Shown here piece by piece: positions 33,128-43,400 of a DNA stretch of 51,894 nucleotides. The notes under the pieces were generated by a model. It made no database searches. It saw only the letters and a list, made by a program, of their open reading frames with translations, and was not told the DNA's origin. How positions within the stretch are numbered: the stretch's first letter is position 1; every line of letters begins with the position of its first letter. The translations under genes and the position numbers were made by a program. The DNA is from Enterobacter phage Ec_L1, in the sequence record NC_042122.1; one strand, 5' to 3'.

Positions 33128-33531
33128 TGCACTTTGAACTATATGAGGCAAGCGCCGAGTTTGTTGCGTCAATCATCCAGGACAGTGACAACCTTGTCGC
33201 CTGGGAGAACATCGCTTTCACTCCTCCGGCTGATGGATCTGAGTATTACCGATTCAACTACAAGGAGGCCGACACGGTTACAACTTCACTTGATCGCAAG
33301 TGCGCCTATTTTGTCGGAATGGTTCAGGTAGATGTTGTGTTTTCGCCTGGCTCCGGCATTAGTGTAGCAAGAAAATTAGCGGCTGATGTTGCAAAAAGTG
33401 CTATCGATGGTACAATGCTTTCGACAGGTTATATTTTATCTCGTGGGGCGGTTCATCCCGCCCAGAAATCAGACACGGGCTGGTTTATTCCGGTTCGGTT
33501 CTATGTTCGATGTGAAACAAAAGGAGCATAA
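33127..33531 (+). CDS. tail completion / terminator-like protein
   Basis: 134 aa. Contains an internal extended -10 promoter for the next gene. Confidence 0.4.
   Translation: MHFELYEASAEFVASIIQDSDNLVAWENIAFTPPADGSEYYRFNYKEADTVTTSLDRKCAYFVGMVQVDVVFSPGSGISVARKLAADVAKSAIDGTMLSTGYILSRGAVHPAQKSDTGWFIPVRFYVRCETKGA
33388..33416 (+). promoter_or_regulatory. intragenic extended -10 promoter TGgTACAAT (upstream of major tail gene), preceded by GCAAAAAGTGCTAT half-element
   Basis: Same TGGTACAAT nonamer as the tail-fibre promoter at 45453. Lies inside CDS 33127-33531. Confidence 0.45.
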
Positions 33532-33532
33532 C

Positions 33533-34189
33533 ATGCACTTACCTAACGGTTCTCAAATCTTTGTTGAAAACACTCGTGATACAGAGGTCGCAGTTTCAGC
33601 AATCACCAACTCTACTTCTCCGGTTTTTACCGTCGCTGATGGTACTAAGTTTAAAGCTGGTGATTACGTTCTGGTCACTTTCGCAAGCTGGGCGGCTCTT
33701 ACCAACCGCGTTGTGCGAGTCAAGAGCATCGCAGAAAACAAGCTGACGATCGAGGGGTTCGATTCATCCGACACCAACAAGTATCCTGCTGGCGCAACCG
33801 CAACAGTCGTCAAGATCGTAACTTGGGTTGAAATCCCATGCGTTCAAGATCTGGCTCAGGAAGGTGGTGAGCAGCAGTTCTATAACTACCAGTGTCTGGC
33901 AGATGACCGAGAGCAGCAGTTACCGACTTTCAAGTCAGCGGTTTCACTGACTTATACTTTCGCTCACGAATACGACAACCCGATCTATCCGGTTCTGTCG
34001 AAAGCTGAGGATTCAGGCGAAGTTAAAGCACTCCGCATGTTCATCCCTAAAGCTAAAGAAATGCGCATGTATTCCGGCGTGCTGTCGTTCAACGACATCC
34101 CTCAGACCACTATGAACGAGATGGAAACCGTCTCTCTCTCCGTGGCTCTGAAAGGCAAGTTCGAATCAGTTCCGGCTGAGTCAGTGTAA
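33533..34189 (+). CDS. major tail protein
   Basis: 218 aa. ATG at 33533 with RBS aaggagcataac. Directly upstream of the G/GT chaperone pair. Confidence 0.6.
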   Translation: MHLPNGSQIFVENTRDTEVAVSAITNSTSPVFTVADGTKFKAGDYVLVTFASWAALTNRVVRVKSIAENKLTIEGFDSSDTNKYPAGATATVVKIVTWVEIPCVQDLAQEGGEQQFYNYQCLADDREQQLPTFKSAVSLTYTFAHEYDNPIYPVLSKAEDSGEVKALRMFIPKAKEMRMYSGVLSFNDIPQTTMNEMETVSLSVALKGKFESVPAESV

Positions 34190-34195
34190 AATTAA

Positions 34196-34225
34196 GGGGG
34201 AGCTATTGCTCTCCCTTTTCTTTTG
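34196..34225 (+). terminator. terminator GGGGGAGC-tatt-GCTCTCCC + TTTTCTTTT after major tail gene
   Basis: Hairpin plus a T-rich run. Confidence 0.6.
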
Positions 34226-34232
34226 TGTATAA
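34222..34232 (+). promoter_or_regulatory. -10 TATAAT after terminator, followed by conserved CAACGCAACGAAAC leader (G/GT-TMP operon)
   Basis: The tgtgTATAAT and leader motif are shared with the early cassettes. Confidence 0.4.
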
Positions 34233-34269
34233 TCAACGCAACGAAACAACAAACCACTGGAGTAAATGA

Positions 34270-34597
34270 AATGGCTAAGATGAAACTCACTATCAAAAAA
34301 CGTCCTAACTTCAATCTGAAACTTGAGTTGCAAATGCCGGATACTGATGATCTGGCAGTGGTTAACCTCACTGTTGAGCACCGCAAGGCCAAAGAGCTTG
34401 GCGCTCTGTTTAATGCCCCTCCAGAGGAGCGACTTGATGACGTTACGTTCTTCAAAGAGTTCGTTAAGGGCTGGGATCTGGAAGAGGAGTTTAACGACGA
34501 GAACATTCGCGAGGTGATCGAGTGGTTCCCTAACATCATGGTAACGTTCACTTACGAATACATGAAAGCCCTGACTGGTCAACGCGTAAAAAACTAA
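34270..34597 (+). CDS. tail assembly chaperone (lambda gpG-like)
   Basis: 109 aa. Ends at the slippery A_AAA_AAC heptamer immediately before the tape measure gene. Confidence 0.65.
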
Positions 34598-34920
34598 AAC
34601 GGGCTATTTTCTTACTTCATCAAAAGCCACCAACAGATGCGGAGCTTGAGGCGGCAGGCTTCACCCGCGCTGATTATGAGGATGACGAGGACAATCTTGA
34701 GGAGGTCATTTTCTCTGAGGAAATGGCTCAATCTTGGGAGTTGTTCTCAGCTATGTCAACCCAGTGGAGATACGCTCCAAGCGGGGTTATCACTGGTCTT
34801 GATTATAATGTCTTTCCAATGCTGGCAAAACTCTATAAAATAGAGGACGAGGAAATAGCCTTTGAAGATATACGCGTCCTTGAGCGTGCAACGCTTGAGA
34901 TAGCACAACAAAGCAAATAG
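34270..34920 (+). CDS. tail assembly chaperone GT-like fusion produced by programmed -1 frameshift near 34588-34594
   Basis: The -1 frame is open from 34594 to 34920 and is continuous with the G reading frame after slippage on gtA AAA AAC. This is the classic lambda G/GT arrangement. Confidence 0.55.
34588..34594 (+). other. programmed -1 ribosomal frameshift slippery heptamer A_AAA_AAC (G/GT)
   Basis: The zero-frame stops 1 codon downstream; the -1 frame is open for 109 further codons. Confidence 0.55.
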
Positions 34921-34958
34921 CGCTCCTCGTGGGCGCTTTTTTTATACCTGGAGGTTTT

Positions 34959-37907
34959 ATGTCTGAAAATCAAATCGCTGGCTTGAGTATGTCAGTGGAC
35001 GTAAGCCAGGTGAATGATGCAGCTAAATCATTAGCCAACTTTAAGCAGGCGAACAACGAGACAAAGCGAAGCGTTGAGGATCTTGCGGCGGCTGAGGCAA
35101 TGGCGCGAGCCAAAGCCAAGGCACTTAAAGAAGAGCAGGAAAAATTAGCGGCTGAAACACGTGAGCTTAAGCGAGGCCTTGACGGTATCGTGAAGTCAAT
35201 CGATCCGACTGCTGGAAAGATGCAAAAGCTAGCCGAGGCAGCTCGACAGTTAGACCGAGCCTGGGAAAAGGGAATAGTTCCGGACAAAGAGTTTTTCCGC
35301 CTCGGTGAGGTCATCGATAACCAGTCAGCGAAGCTACGCAACGCACAGCTTGCTCTAACTGAGGAAGGTCGAGCGGCGATTGAAAACTCAAAGGCCAAGC
35401 AGCGAGCTACCAGCGCGAGCAAGTCATTCCTGGACAGCCTGAAAGAGCAGGCAGAAACGACAGGGATGAGCAAGATCGAATTGCTTGAGTACAAAGCCGC
35501 ACAGATGGGAGTTAGCCAGCAGGCCGCGCCGTTAATCGCAAAGCTGAACCAGCAGAGTAAGGCGATGGGGGTTGCAGGGTTGAGCGCCGGACGTTATCGA
35601 ATGGCTATGCAACAATTGCCTATGCAGATCACTGACGTTGTGACCTCACTGGCATCCGGTATGCCTATCTGGTTGGTTGCAATCCAGCAGGGCGGTCAGA
35701 TCAAAGACAGCTTTGGCGGCGTGAGCAACACGTTCAAACTTCTGTTACAGCAAATCACGCCTTTGCGCGTGGCAATGGTTGGGTTCGTTAGTGCGCTGGC
35801 TGGGGTGGCTCTTTCAGCTTATGACGCATACAAGGCGAATCGGCAGTTTGAAACGTCACTCATCATGACTGGTAATTATGCGGCGGCATCAACCGGACAG
35901 CTTGCGGCTCTTACGGAAGAGTTAAACAAGAACAGCCTTTCGACAATCGGCGCTCTTGATAAAGTAGCGGCTACGCTTGCGGGGTCTGGTAAGTATACGC
36001 TGAACCAGATCAAGCAGATCACGGCGGTAACGGCGGATTGGTCAGAGGTTACAGGTGAATCTACGGACAAAATCATCGGTTACTTTGATGACATCGCAAA
36101 AGATCCGGTTAAGGGGCTTGCTAAGCTGAATGAACAATTCAACTTCTTAGATAAGGGTCAGTTGACCTACATCTCAACCCTGGAAAAAACCAAAGGGAAA
36201 ACCGCAGCGGTGACTGAGGCGACAAGACTTTTCGCTGACGTGATGGAAGATCGAATCGGCAAGATAGCAGACTCCGCGACTCCACTTGAACAGATGTGGA
36301 CTAGCATTAAAAAATGGTCTGCTGACGCCTGGCGTTGGGTTGGTGATCATACGATTGGCGCTCTCAACCTGATCACTGACGTTGTGGCAGGCACGATCGA
36401 ACAGGTTCAATATCTGCTTAACTCAGGTGATAGCCTGATTCGTGGTTTCGTTTTGTCTGCTCAGGAAGCATTTCAGAAAATCCCTGGGTTCAAATCCATT
36501 GGACAGGATGCAATTGCGCAAAACAAAAAGATTCTGGCTGACAACGAGGAGACTAACAAGAAACTCCTGAAGTCAATCGCTGAGCGTGACGCACGAATCC
36601 GTAAGGGTGAAATGGGTTACATCGAGGCGGCTAAGAAACGCGGCGAAATGGATAAGCAGTATGCAGCGGAAACAAAGGACGCGGTACGCAAAGAGGCTGA
36701 GGAGTTAGCCAAAAAGAACGCGGTAAGGAAAAAAGGCGTTGCTGATGGTGTTAAAGTTTCCGAGCAGTACCAGGCTGAACTACTGGCTCTTGAGGCTCAG
36801 CTTAAAGTTCTACAGGATCACAAGGCGCTTGACGACAAGATTTCACAGCAGCGTAAAACCTACTGGAATGACGTCGCTAAATTCCAGATCCTTGAGCAGG
36901 CAGCAAAGACCAGGACGCTTACGGCAGATGAGAAATCACTGTTAGCTAATAAGTCGATCATCCTCGCCTACTCAGAGCAGAAAGCACTGCTTGGTGATAA
37001 GATCGTAAGCCAAGAGCGAATGAACGCCTTGCTCGACAAGAGCGCCAAGACGATTCTTGAGCTTGATCAGAAAATGGCTGCAATGGACGCAACTAAAGGA
37101 ATGGGCGACATGGCTAAGCGCCGAGCCGATGAGATTGCCAAGATGAAAGCCGACTGGGAAAAGGGCGGCGGTAGTCTTGACGATAAAGCCTATCAGGACA
37201 TGGAGAAGAAGCAGCAGGACTACTACAAGCGAGAGGACGCATTACGCTCTGATTGGTTGGCTGGTGCTGAGAGTGGTTTCGCTACGTGGGCGGAGAACGC
37301 TGGCAACATGTATGCTCAGACAGGTGCTATAGCGCAAGCGACCATGGAGGGAATGACGGACGAGATCACAAACTTCGTTACCACTGGCAAGGCTGATTTT
37401 GCTGACTTCACAGCAAACATCCTGAAGATGATCTCCAAGATGCTTGTTCAAATGGCGTTGCTTAACGCTATGAAAGCGGCATTTGGTGGTACGGCTTTCG
37501 GTGCTGGTATGGGGTGGACGAGTCACGCAAACGGCGGTGTTGTTGGTAACGGTTTCGCACGCGGCGGATACACTGGCGACGGTGGCAAGTATGAGCCAGC
37601 CGGAATTGTTCACCGTGGAGAGTTCGTTTTCACCAAGGAGGCAACTAAGCGAATCGGAGTTGGCAACCTGCACAGGATGATGAGGGGCTACGCGAATGGA
37701 GGCGTTGTTGGTGGTTCTTCTTCTGGCGGTGGCGGATCAGGTAATGGCGTTGTCGTTGGTATCGGTGATGTTAATATCAACGGAATGGGTGGAATCGACC
37801 AGTCAGCAGCCAAGGGCATGGAACAGGGAGTTAAACAGATTGTTCTGGATGTTCTCACCAGAGAGTGCAGCCAGGGCGGGCGAATCTATCAGCTTGTTAA
37901 GGGGTAA
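34959..37907 (+). CDS. tail tape measure protein
   Basis: 982 aa. Coiled-coil N-terminal half, hydrophobic middle and Gly-rich C-terminus. Sits downstream of G/GT. ATG at 34959 with RBS ctggaggtttt. Confidence 0.85.
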   Translation: MSENQIAGLSMSVDVSQVNDAAKSLANFKQANNETKRSVEDLAAAEAMARAKAKALKEEQEKLAAETRELKRGLDGIVKSIDPTAGKMQKLAEAARQLDRAWEKGIVPDKEFFRLGEVIDNQSAKLRNAQLALTEEGRAAIENSKAKQRATSASKSFLDSLKEQAETTGMSKIELLEYKAAQMGVSQQAAPLIAKLNQQSKAMGVAGLSAGRYRMAMQQLPMQITDVVTSLASGMPIWLVAIQQGGQIKDSFGGVSNTFKLLLQQITPLRVAMVGFVSALAGVALSAYDAYKANRQFETSLIMTGNYAAASTGQLAALTEELNKNSLSTIGALDKVAATLAGSGKYTLNQIKQITAVTADWSEVTGESTDKIIGYFDDIAKDPVKGLAKLNEQFNFLDKGQLTYISTLEKTKGKTAAVTEATRLFADVMEDRIGKIADSATPLEQMWTSIKKWSADAWRWVGDHTIGALNLITDVVAGTIEQVQYLLNSGDSLIRGFVLSAQEAFQKIPGFKSIGQDAIAQNKKILADNEETNKKLLKSIAERDARIRKGEMGYIEAAKKRGEMDKQYAAETKDAVRKEAEELAKKNAVRKKGVADGVKVSEQYQAELLALEAQLKVLQDHKALDDKISQQRKTYWNDVAKFQILEQAAKTRTLTADEKSLLANKSIILAYSEQKALLGDKIVSQERMNALLDKSAKTILELDQKMAAMDATKGMGDMAKRRADEIAKMKADWEKGGGSLDDKAYQDMEKKQQDYYKREDALRSDWLAGAESGFATWAENAGNMYAQTGAIAQATMEGMTDEITNFVTTGKADFADFTANILKMISKMLVQMALLNAMKAAFGGTAFGAGMGWTSHANGGVVGNGFARGGYTGDGGKYEPAGIVHRGEFVFTKEATKRIGVGNLHRMMRGYANGGVVGGSSSGGGGSGNGVVVGIGDVNINGMGGIDQSAAKGMEQGVKQIVLDVLTRECSQGGRIYQLVKG

Positions 37908-37909
37908 TT

Positions 37910-38260
37910 ATGGCACTTGAAACTTTTACCTGGTGTACTCAGGTTCAAAACAACGGGGGCGCTGGGAGCGTCTCCGACAACGTGAGAGGGATTCAATTCG
38001 GTAACGGGTTCCGGCAGTTGGCAACGGCTGGGTTGAACACGATCCGAAGGGAGTTCAACATTGTGTATGGTGGTAGCAAGTGGGAGGATGTTTATAACTT
38101 CCTTACCAGGCATACATACAAGCCATTCATATGGAAAGCACCTGATGGAAAGTTAGGAATCTTCACGGTCAAGAGCGGCTCCATCGCTATGAGGCCGATA
38201 AAGGATGGAATGCTTGAGGTCACTTGCCAGGTAAGCGAGGAGTTCACAAGCGCACGATAA
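37910..38260 (+). CDS. minor tail protein (lambda gpM-like)
   Basis: 116 aa immediately after the TMP. Confidence 0.55.
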   Translation: MALETFTWCTQVQNNGGAGSVSDNVRGIQFGNGFRQLATAGLNTIRREFNIVYGGSKWEDVYNFLTRHTYKPFIWKAPDGKLGIFTVKSGSIAMRPIKDGMLEVTCQVSEEFTSAR

Positions 38261-38296
38261 GCTAAAAGGTCGCCTTTCGGGGTGGCCTTTTTTATT

Positions 38297-38302
38297 GTAC
38301 AA
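38297..38302 (+). promoter_or_regulatory. -10-like TACAAT downstream of terminator-like hairpin
   Basis: Position only. Confidence 0.3.
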
Positions 38303-38332
38303 TGTTCGAACCATTTAACAGGAGGTCTTGAC

Positions 38333-39088
38333 ATGACACCGAAAATTAGTGAGAAGTTTGTTAACTGCCTGCAAAAACTTTATCCTGGAGAAATACTCAC
38401 CCTCGTTGAGGTTGACGGAACTCGCTTCGGGGCGCAGGTGTACCGATTCCACAACGAGAATATCCAGTTCACACAGGAAGAGTTACTCCTTGCCTCTTCA
38501 ACCGGATCTCTTCCAGACAAGGTTATTCGATTCAACGGCAACGAGTTCGGCGGTCGTCCTTTCGGCCTTTCCGGTTTCACGATGTCCAGTGACGGGACTC
38601 CTGACAAGCCTCAGTTAACCCTGTCGAATATTGATTCGCAGGTTTCAGCGTTAATCCGTTCCTACAACGGTATGATGCAAGCCAAGGTTACGATCTGGAT
38701 TATCGTTCGAGATCTTCTTAAAGATGACTGGACGGTTGACGAGGGTGATTTCCGCAGGCTGGTTTACTACATCGAGCGACCAAACTACTGCGACCACACT
38801 CGCGCCACGTTTGATCTAACGTCTCCATATGATATGGATGGGATCATGATACCTGGGCGCTTATCTCAGAGTGTTTGCTACTGGGCGCAACGTGGATGGT
38901 ACAAGAGCGGAAAGGGCTGCATGTACAACGGAGAAAACGGTTACTTTGACAAGGATGGAAACCAGGTTTCAGATCCTTCTCAAGACTTCTGCCCTGGCAC
39001 TGTCAGCGCTTGCAAGCTAAGATATGGGACTGGAGAGCTTGACTTCGGCGGTTGCGCTGCCGCATCCATCATAAGGAGGAAATCATAA
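38333..39088 (+). CDS. minor tail protein (lambda gpL-like)
   Basis: 251 aa with a C-terminal Cys cluster. RBS caggaggtcttgac. Confidence 0.6.
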   Translation: MTPKISEKFVNCLQKLYPGEILTLVEVDGTRFGAQVYRFHNENIQFTQEELLLASSTGSLPDKVIRFNGNEFGGRPFGLSGFTMSSDGTPDKPQLTLSNIDSQVSALIRSYNGMMQAKVTIWIIVRDLLKDDWTVDEGDFRRLVYYIERPNYCDHTRATFDLTSPYDMDGIMIPGRLSQSVCYWAQRGWYKSGKGCMYNGENGYFDKDGNQVSDPSQDFCPGTVSACKLRYGTGELDFGGCAAASIIRRKS

Positions 39089-39834
39089 TGCTACAGCCAA
39101 AAATTAATCTGCACATTTTCCAGCACGCCAAAGAGGTATACCCTAACGAGTGTGCGGGATTGATTACGCAAAAATCTCGCGTACAGAAGTACCACAGGAT
39201 CGACAACGTAAGCAAAACTCCTGAGGAACATTGTGAACCAGATCCCCAGCAATATGGCGAGGTTGTTCTTTGGGCTGAGGAGAACGGTCATGAAATTATC
39301 GGGTTCGTTCACTCCCATACAGGGGATGGGGCAACCACATTGCCGAGCGCACACGATCTGTGCATGTGCAATGAGTTCAAGATCCCGTTTGTGATTGTCA
39401 GCATTCCAGAGGGTGATTTGCGAATTGTTGAACCAAAGGACATGCCTCTGACTGGTCGCCCGTGGTCTCTTGGGTCTTATGACTGCTGGGGTTTGATTAT
39501 GGCTTTCCATGAGCTTCACGGCGTCAAACTTAATGATTTCCGTAAACCATACGAATGGTGGAAGGAAGGAGAAAACCTTTACCAGGATAACTACCTCAAA
39601 GAGGGGTTCATCCCCGCCGATGGTCGAGATCCTGTATTTGGTGATATGATAATCTTCCAGCTACAGGCTGACGTTTGGAACCATGCAGGGATATTTGTTG
39701 GTGACAACCAAATATTACATCATGCGTTTGGAAAGTTATCGCGTAGAGACATATATTCAGGCTGGTACGAACAGCACAAGGTAATGATTTGCAGACATAA
39801 GGATCTGAGTTATGACATCACTCAAACGTATTAA
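39088..39834 (+). CDS. tail tip assembly protein (lambda gpK-like): JAB/MPN + NlpC/P60 domains
   Basis: JAMM-like FVHSHTGDG...SAHD. NlpC/P60 Cys-His (YDCWGL...H). RBS ataaggaggaaatcata with a TAATG overlap. Confidence 0.75.
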   Translation: MLQPKINLHIFQHAKEVYPNECAGLITQKSRVQKYHRIDNVSKTPEEHCEPDPQQYGEVVLWAEENGHEIIGFVHSHTGDGATTLPSAHDLCMCNEFKIPFVIVSIPEGDLRIVEPKDMPLTGRPWSLGSYDCWGLIMAFHELHGVKLNDFRKPYEWWKEGENLYQDNYLKEGFIPADGRDPVFGDMIIFQLQADVWNHAGIFVGDNQILHHAFGKLSRRDIYSGWYEQHKVMICRHKDLSYDITQTY

Positions 39835-40411
39835 ATTGACCGGATCACTCGGAAAGCGGTTCGGCGTTTTTCATGAGCTAGCCATTGACTCATTCACTGA
39901 GGGAATCCGCGCTCTATCATCACAGGTAGAGGGGTTCAGGGATTTCATGAACAGTGAGGTCGGGCAGAGAATGAGGTTCGCCTTATTCGTAGACGGAAAA
40001 AACATCGGACTGTCAGACGACAGAGCGTTTAAGTGCGCAAAGGAAATACGAATTATTCCGGTTCCAACTGCATCAAAGAGCGGCGGGCTGCTAAACATTG
40101 TGATCGGTGCTGCCATTATGGTTGCGGCTTTCTACACTGGAGGCGCTTCACTTGCTGCTATGGGTGCTCTATCCTCAGCGGCTTTTATGGCTGGCGGTGC
40201 CATGGTTCTTGGTGGTGTTACGCAAATGCTTTCTCCGCAGCCAGGAGGAATGGACATGTCACCTAAGTCAGCGTCAAACACTCCGTCTTATGCATTCGGC
40301 GGCGCGGTTAACACAAGTGCGGCAGGATACCCCCTGGCGCTACCGTATGGTGAAAGAACAAACGGCGGTGCTGTTTGGTCTGCTGGTGCTTATGCAGAGG
40401 ATATAGCCTAA
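39812..40411 (+). CDS. tail assembly protein (lambda gpI-like)
   Basis: 199 aa with a Gly/Ala-rich hydrophobic C-terminal half, as in gpI. Confidence 0.6.
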   Translation: MTSLKRIKLTGSLGKRFGVFHELAIDSFTEGIRALSSQVEGFRDFMNSEVGQRMRFALFVDGKNIGLSDDRAFKCAKEIRIIPVPTASKSGGLLNIVIGAAIMVAAFYTGGASLAAMGALSSAAFMAGGAMVLGGVTQMLSPQPGGMDMSPKSASNTPSYAFGGAVNTSAAGYPLALPYGERTNGGAVWSAGAYAEDIA

Positions 40412-40415
40412 TTAA

Positions 40416-40450
40416 GTCAATGCCTCCTATGGTATAGGGGGCTTTTTTTG
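40416..40450 (+). terminator. terminator hairpin + T7 before J
   Basis: cctcctat-ggt-atagggggc followed by ttttttt. Confidence 0.5.
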
Positions 40451-40452
40451 TT

Positions 40453-40458
40453 TATAAT
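40453..40458 (+). promoter_or_regulatory. -10 TATAAT downstream of terminator, upstream of J
   Basis: Position only. Confidence 0.35.
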
Positions 40459-40485
40459 GGGCGCTCTATTAATGGAGGGTCAGTT

Positions 40486-43400
40486 ATGGCTAAAATCATT
40501 TCAGCCCGTAAGGGTGGCGGCAGCAAGCCGCATCAACCTCGCGAGATGGATGACAACCTAATCTCACGCGACAAAATCAAGATCTTACTTGCTCTCTCTG
40601 ACGGCGAAGTTGACGAGGAGTTTTCCCTCAAAGATTTGCTGTTCGACGACGTTCCGGTTGTCGGGGCTGACGGCACAGTAAACTACCCAAACGTGAGCGC
40701 TGAGTTTCGAAGCGGAACTCAGACTCAATCGTACATCCCAGGGTTTACTGAGTCCAACAATGAGGTGACGGTACAGCGTGACGTTTCGACGGAAACACCT
40801 TACGTTATCAGCGTAACCAATCAGGTTCTTAGCGCCATTCGAATCCGAATGATGACGGATCGAATTGCTCACACCAAGGATAACGGAGACACCGTAGGCT
40901 GGAATGTTGAATACCGTTTTGACATGGCTGTGAATGGCGGCGCTTATGAGGAAGTAACTCGCACGGTCTTTGAGGGTAAGAACACGAGCGGATACGATCG
41001 CTCAATTCGAATCAACTTGCCAGAGTCTTACCAGCAGGTTCTGATCCGAGTGGTGCGACTGACTCCGGATGACAACAGCGACAGGACTCAAAGCAAGTTC
41101 AGGGTTCAGAGTTACAGTGAGGTCATTGACGCCAAGTTTCGATATCCTCTAACCGCGTTGCTTTTCGTTGAGTTTGATTCCGACTTGTTCCCGAATCAGT
41201 TGCCGACAATATCGGTCAAGAAGAAATGGAAAAAGATTCAAGTTCCGGTTAACTATGATCCGGTAGCTCGAACTTACTCCGGCTCCTGGAATGGCATGTT
41301 TAAAACGGCGTGGTCGAATAACCCCGCGTGGGTTCTGTATGACCTGATCATGAATCAGCGCTATGGACTTGATCAGAAGGAGTTAGGCATTGACGTAGAT
41401 AAGTGGAGCCTCTACGAGGTTGCTCAATACTGCGATCAGATGGTTCCAGACGGACACGGCGGTCAAGAACCGCGTTACTTGTGTGACATGGTTGTTCAGT
41501 CGCAAGTTGAGGCTTACAGGCTCATTCGTGATGTGTGCTCAATCTTCCGTGGTATGTCGTTCTACAACGGCGAAAGCCTGTCAATCGTCATCGACAAGCC
41601 TCGCGATCCGGTTTATCTGTTCACGAATGACAACGTTGTAGATGGTGCTTTTGCTCGCGTGTTTGCGTCAGAGAAAAGCATGTACACGAGTGTTAACGTG
41701 ATGTTTGATGACCGTGAGAACATGTATAACCAGGACGTAGAGCCTGTGTTTGACAACGAGGCATCTCGTAGATTCGGTAACAACCCGACAGACATCACAG
41801 CGATCGGATGCACTCGACGTAGTGAGGCTAACCGCCGTGGGCGCTGGATTATCAAGACGAACCTCAGAAGCACCACGGTTAACTTTGCGACTGGTCTTGA
41901 GGGTATGATTCCGATGATTGGCGACGTGATCGCGGTGTCGGATAACCACTGGCAACACAACATCATGTATAACCTTTCCGGTCGATTGATGGAAGTTTCA
42001 GGGGTTCAGGTGTTCACGTCATTCCGAGTTGACGCAAGACCAGGTGACTTCATTATCGTTAACAGGCCTGACGGCAAACCGCAGAAGCGAACAATTTCTC
42101 GCGTTTCCTCTGACGGTAAAACGATAACACTGAACGTAGGTTTCGGGTTCTCTGTTCAGCCTGACGCTGTTTTCGCAATTGAACGATCAGACCTGACGTT
42201 TGAGCAGTATGTTGTTACCAAGATCGAGAAGGGCGACGGCGATGAGGAGTTTGTTCACCGCATCACGGCGATTGAATACGATCCAACCAAATATGACGCC
42301 ATTGACTATGGTGTTGTGATTGACCAGCGACCAACGAGCATTGTTGATCCTGACCACCTCAAAGCGCCGGAGAACGTTAAGATCTCATCTTTCTCTCGCG
42401 TGGTTCAGGGGATGAGCGTTGAAACGATGGTTGTTAACTGGGACAAGGTTCAGTATGCGAATCGCTATGAAATGCAGTGGCGAAAGGATAGCGGGAACTG
42501 GAACAACACCCCACAGACGGCGGCGACAGAGATTGACGTCGAGGGCATTTACTCCGGAGTTTACGAGGTAAGGGTTCGGGCAGTGTCGGCAGCGGGTAAC
42601 GTTTCCCCATGGTCAGAGATTGAGGTTAAATCCCTGACTGGTAAAACTGGCAAGCCTAACAAGCCTATCAACCTCACTGCTACTGATGACGAAGTGTTCG
42701 GGATTCGCGTTAAATGGGGTATGCCTGACGGATCAGGTGATACAGCATACATTGAGTTGCAGCAGGCTCCGGATGATAATGCAGGTGGATATTTGCCGGA
42801 GGCGGCGACACTGGTTAGCATGGTTCCCTACCCACAACATGAATACTGGCACAGCGTTTTACCAAGTGGTTTCATTAACTGGTATCGCGTAAGGGCTGTT
42901 GACAAGATCGGTAACGTGTCGGACTGGACTGATTTTGTAAGGGGTATGGCTACGGATGACGTGGACAAGATTGGAGAGGTTGTCAAGATTGAGTTTGAAG
43001 AGACGGAAGGATTCAAGGAGTTGAAAAAAACCGTTGACGAGTTAATCGGTCAGCTTGACGAGCAAAGCGAGGAACTCAAAGAGACTGGCGACACCATGAA
43101 GGATTACGGTTCTAAGCTCAGGGCACAAGCCGAGGCTGATATTGAGAACGCACTAGCGAACAATACAGACGTTATCCGGATGACCAAGGAGAACGGGAAG
43201 AGAAAAGCAGAGTTCAGATTCGCCGTTAATCTGGTTGCTACAGAGAGTGAAGCGAGAGCCGAGGCTATCTCTAAACTTTCAGCGCAGTTTGACGAGGAAA
43301 TTGGGGCGGCTGTAACCAGAATGGATCAGGCAATCGCGGCGGAGGGTGAGGCGCGAGCGAAAGCAATTGCTGACCTTAAGGCTCAGATCGACGACGATGT

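Noticed and set aside
34970-35494. 174-aa antisense ORF inside the tape measure gene, and similar antisense ORFs inside helicase, J and portal genes
   Set aside because: Typical spurious long antisense ORFs in GC-balanced coding DNA. No start context or RBS.
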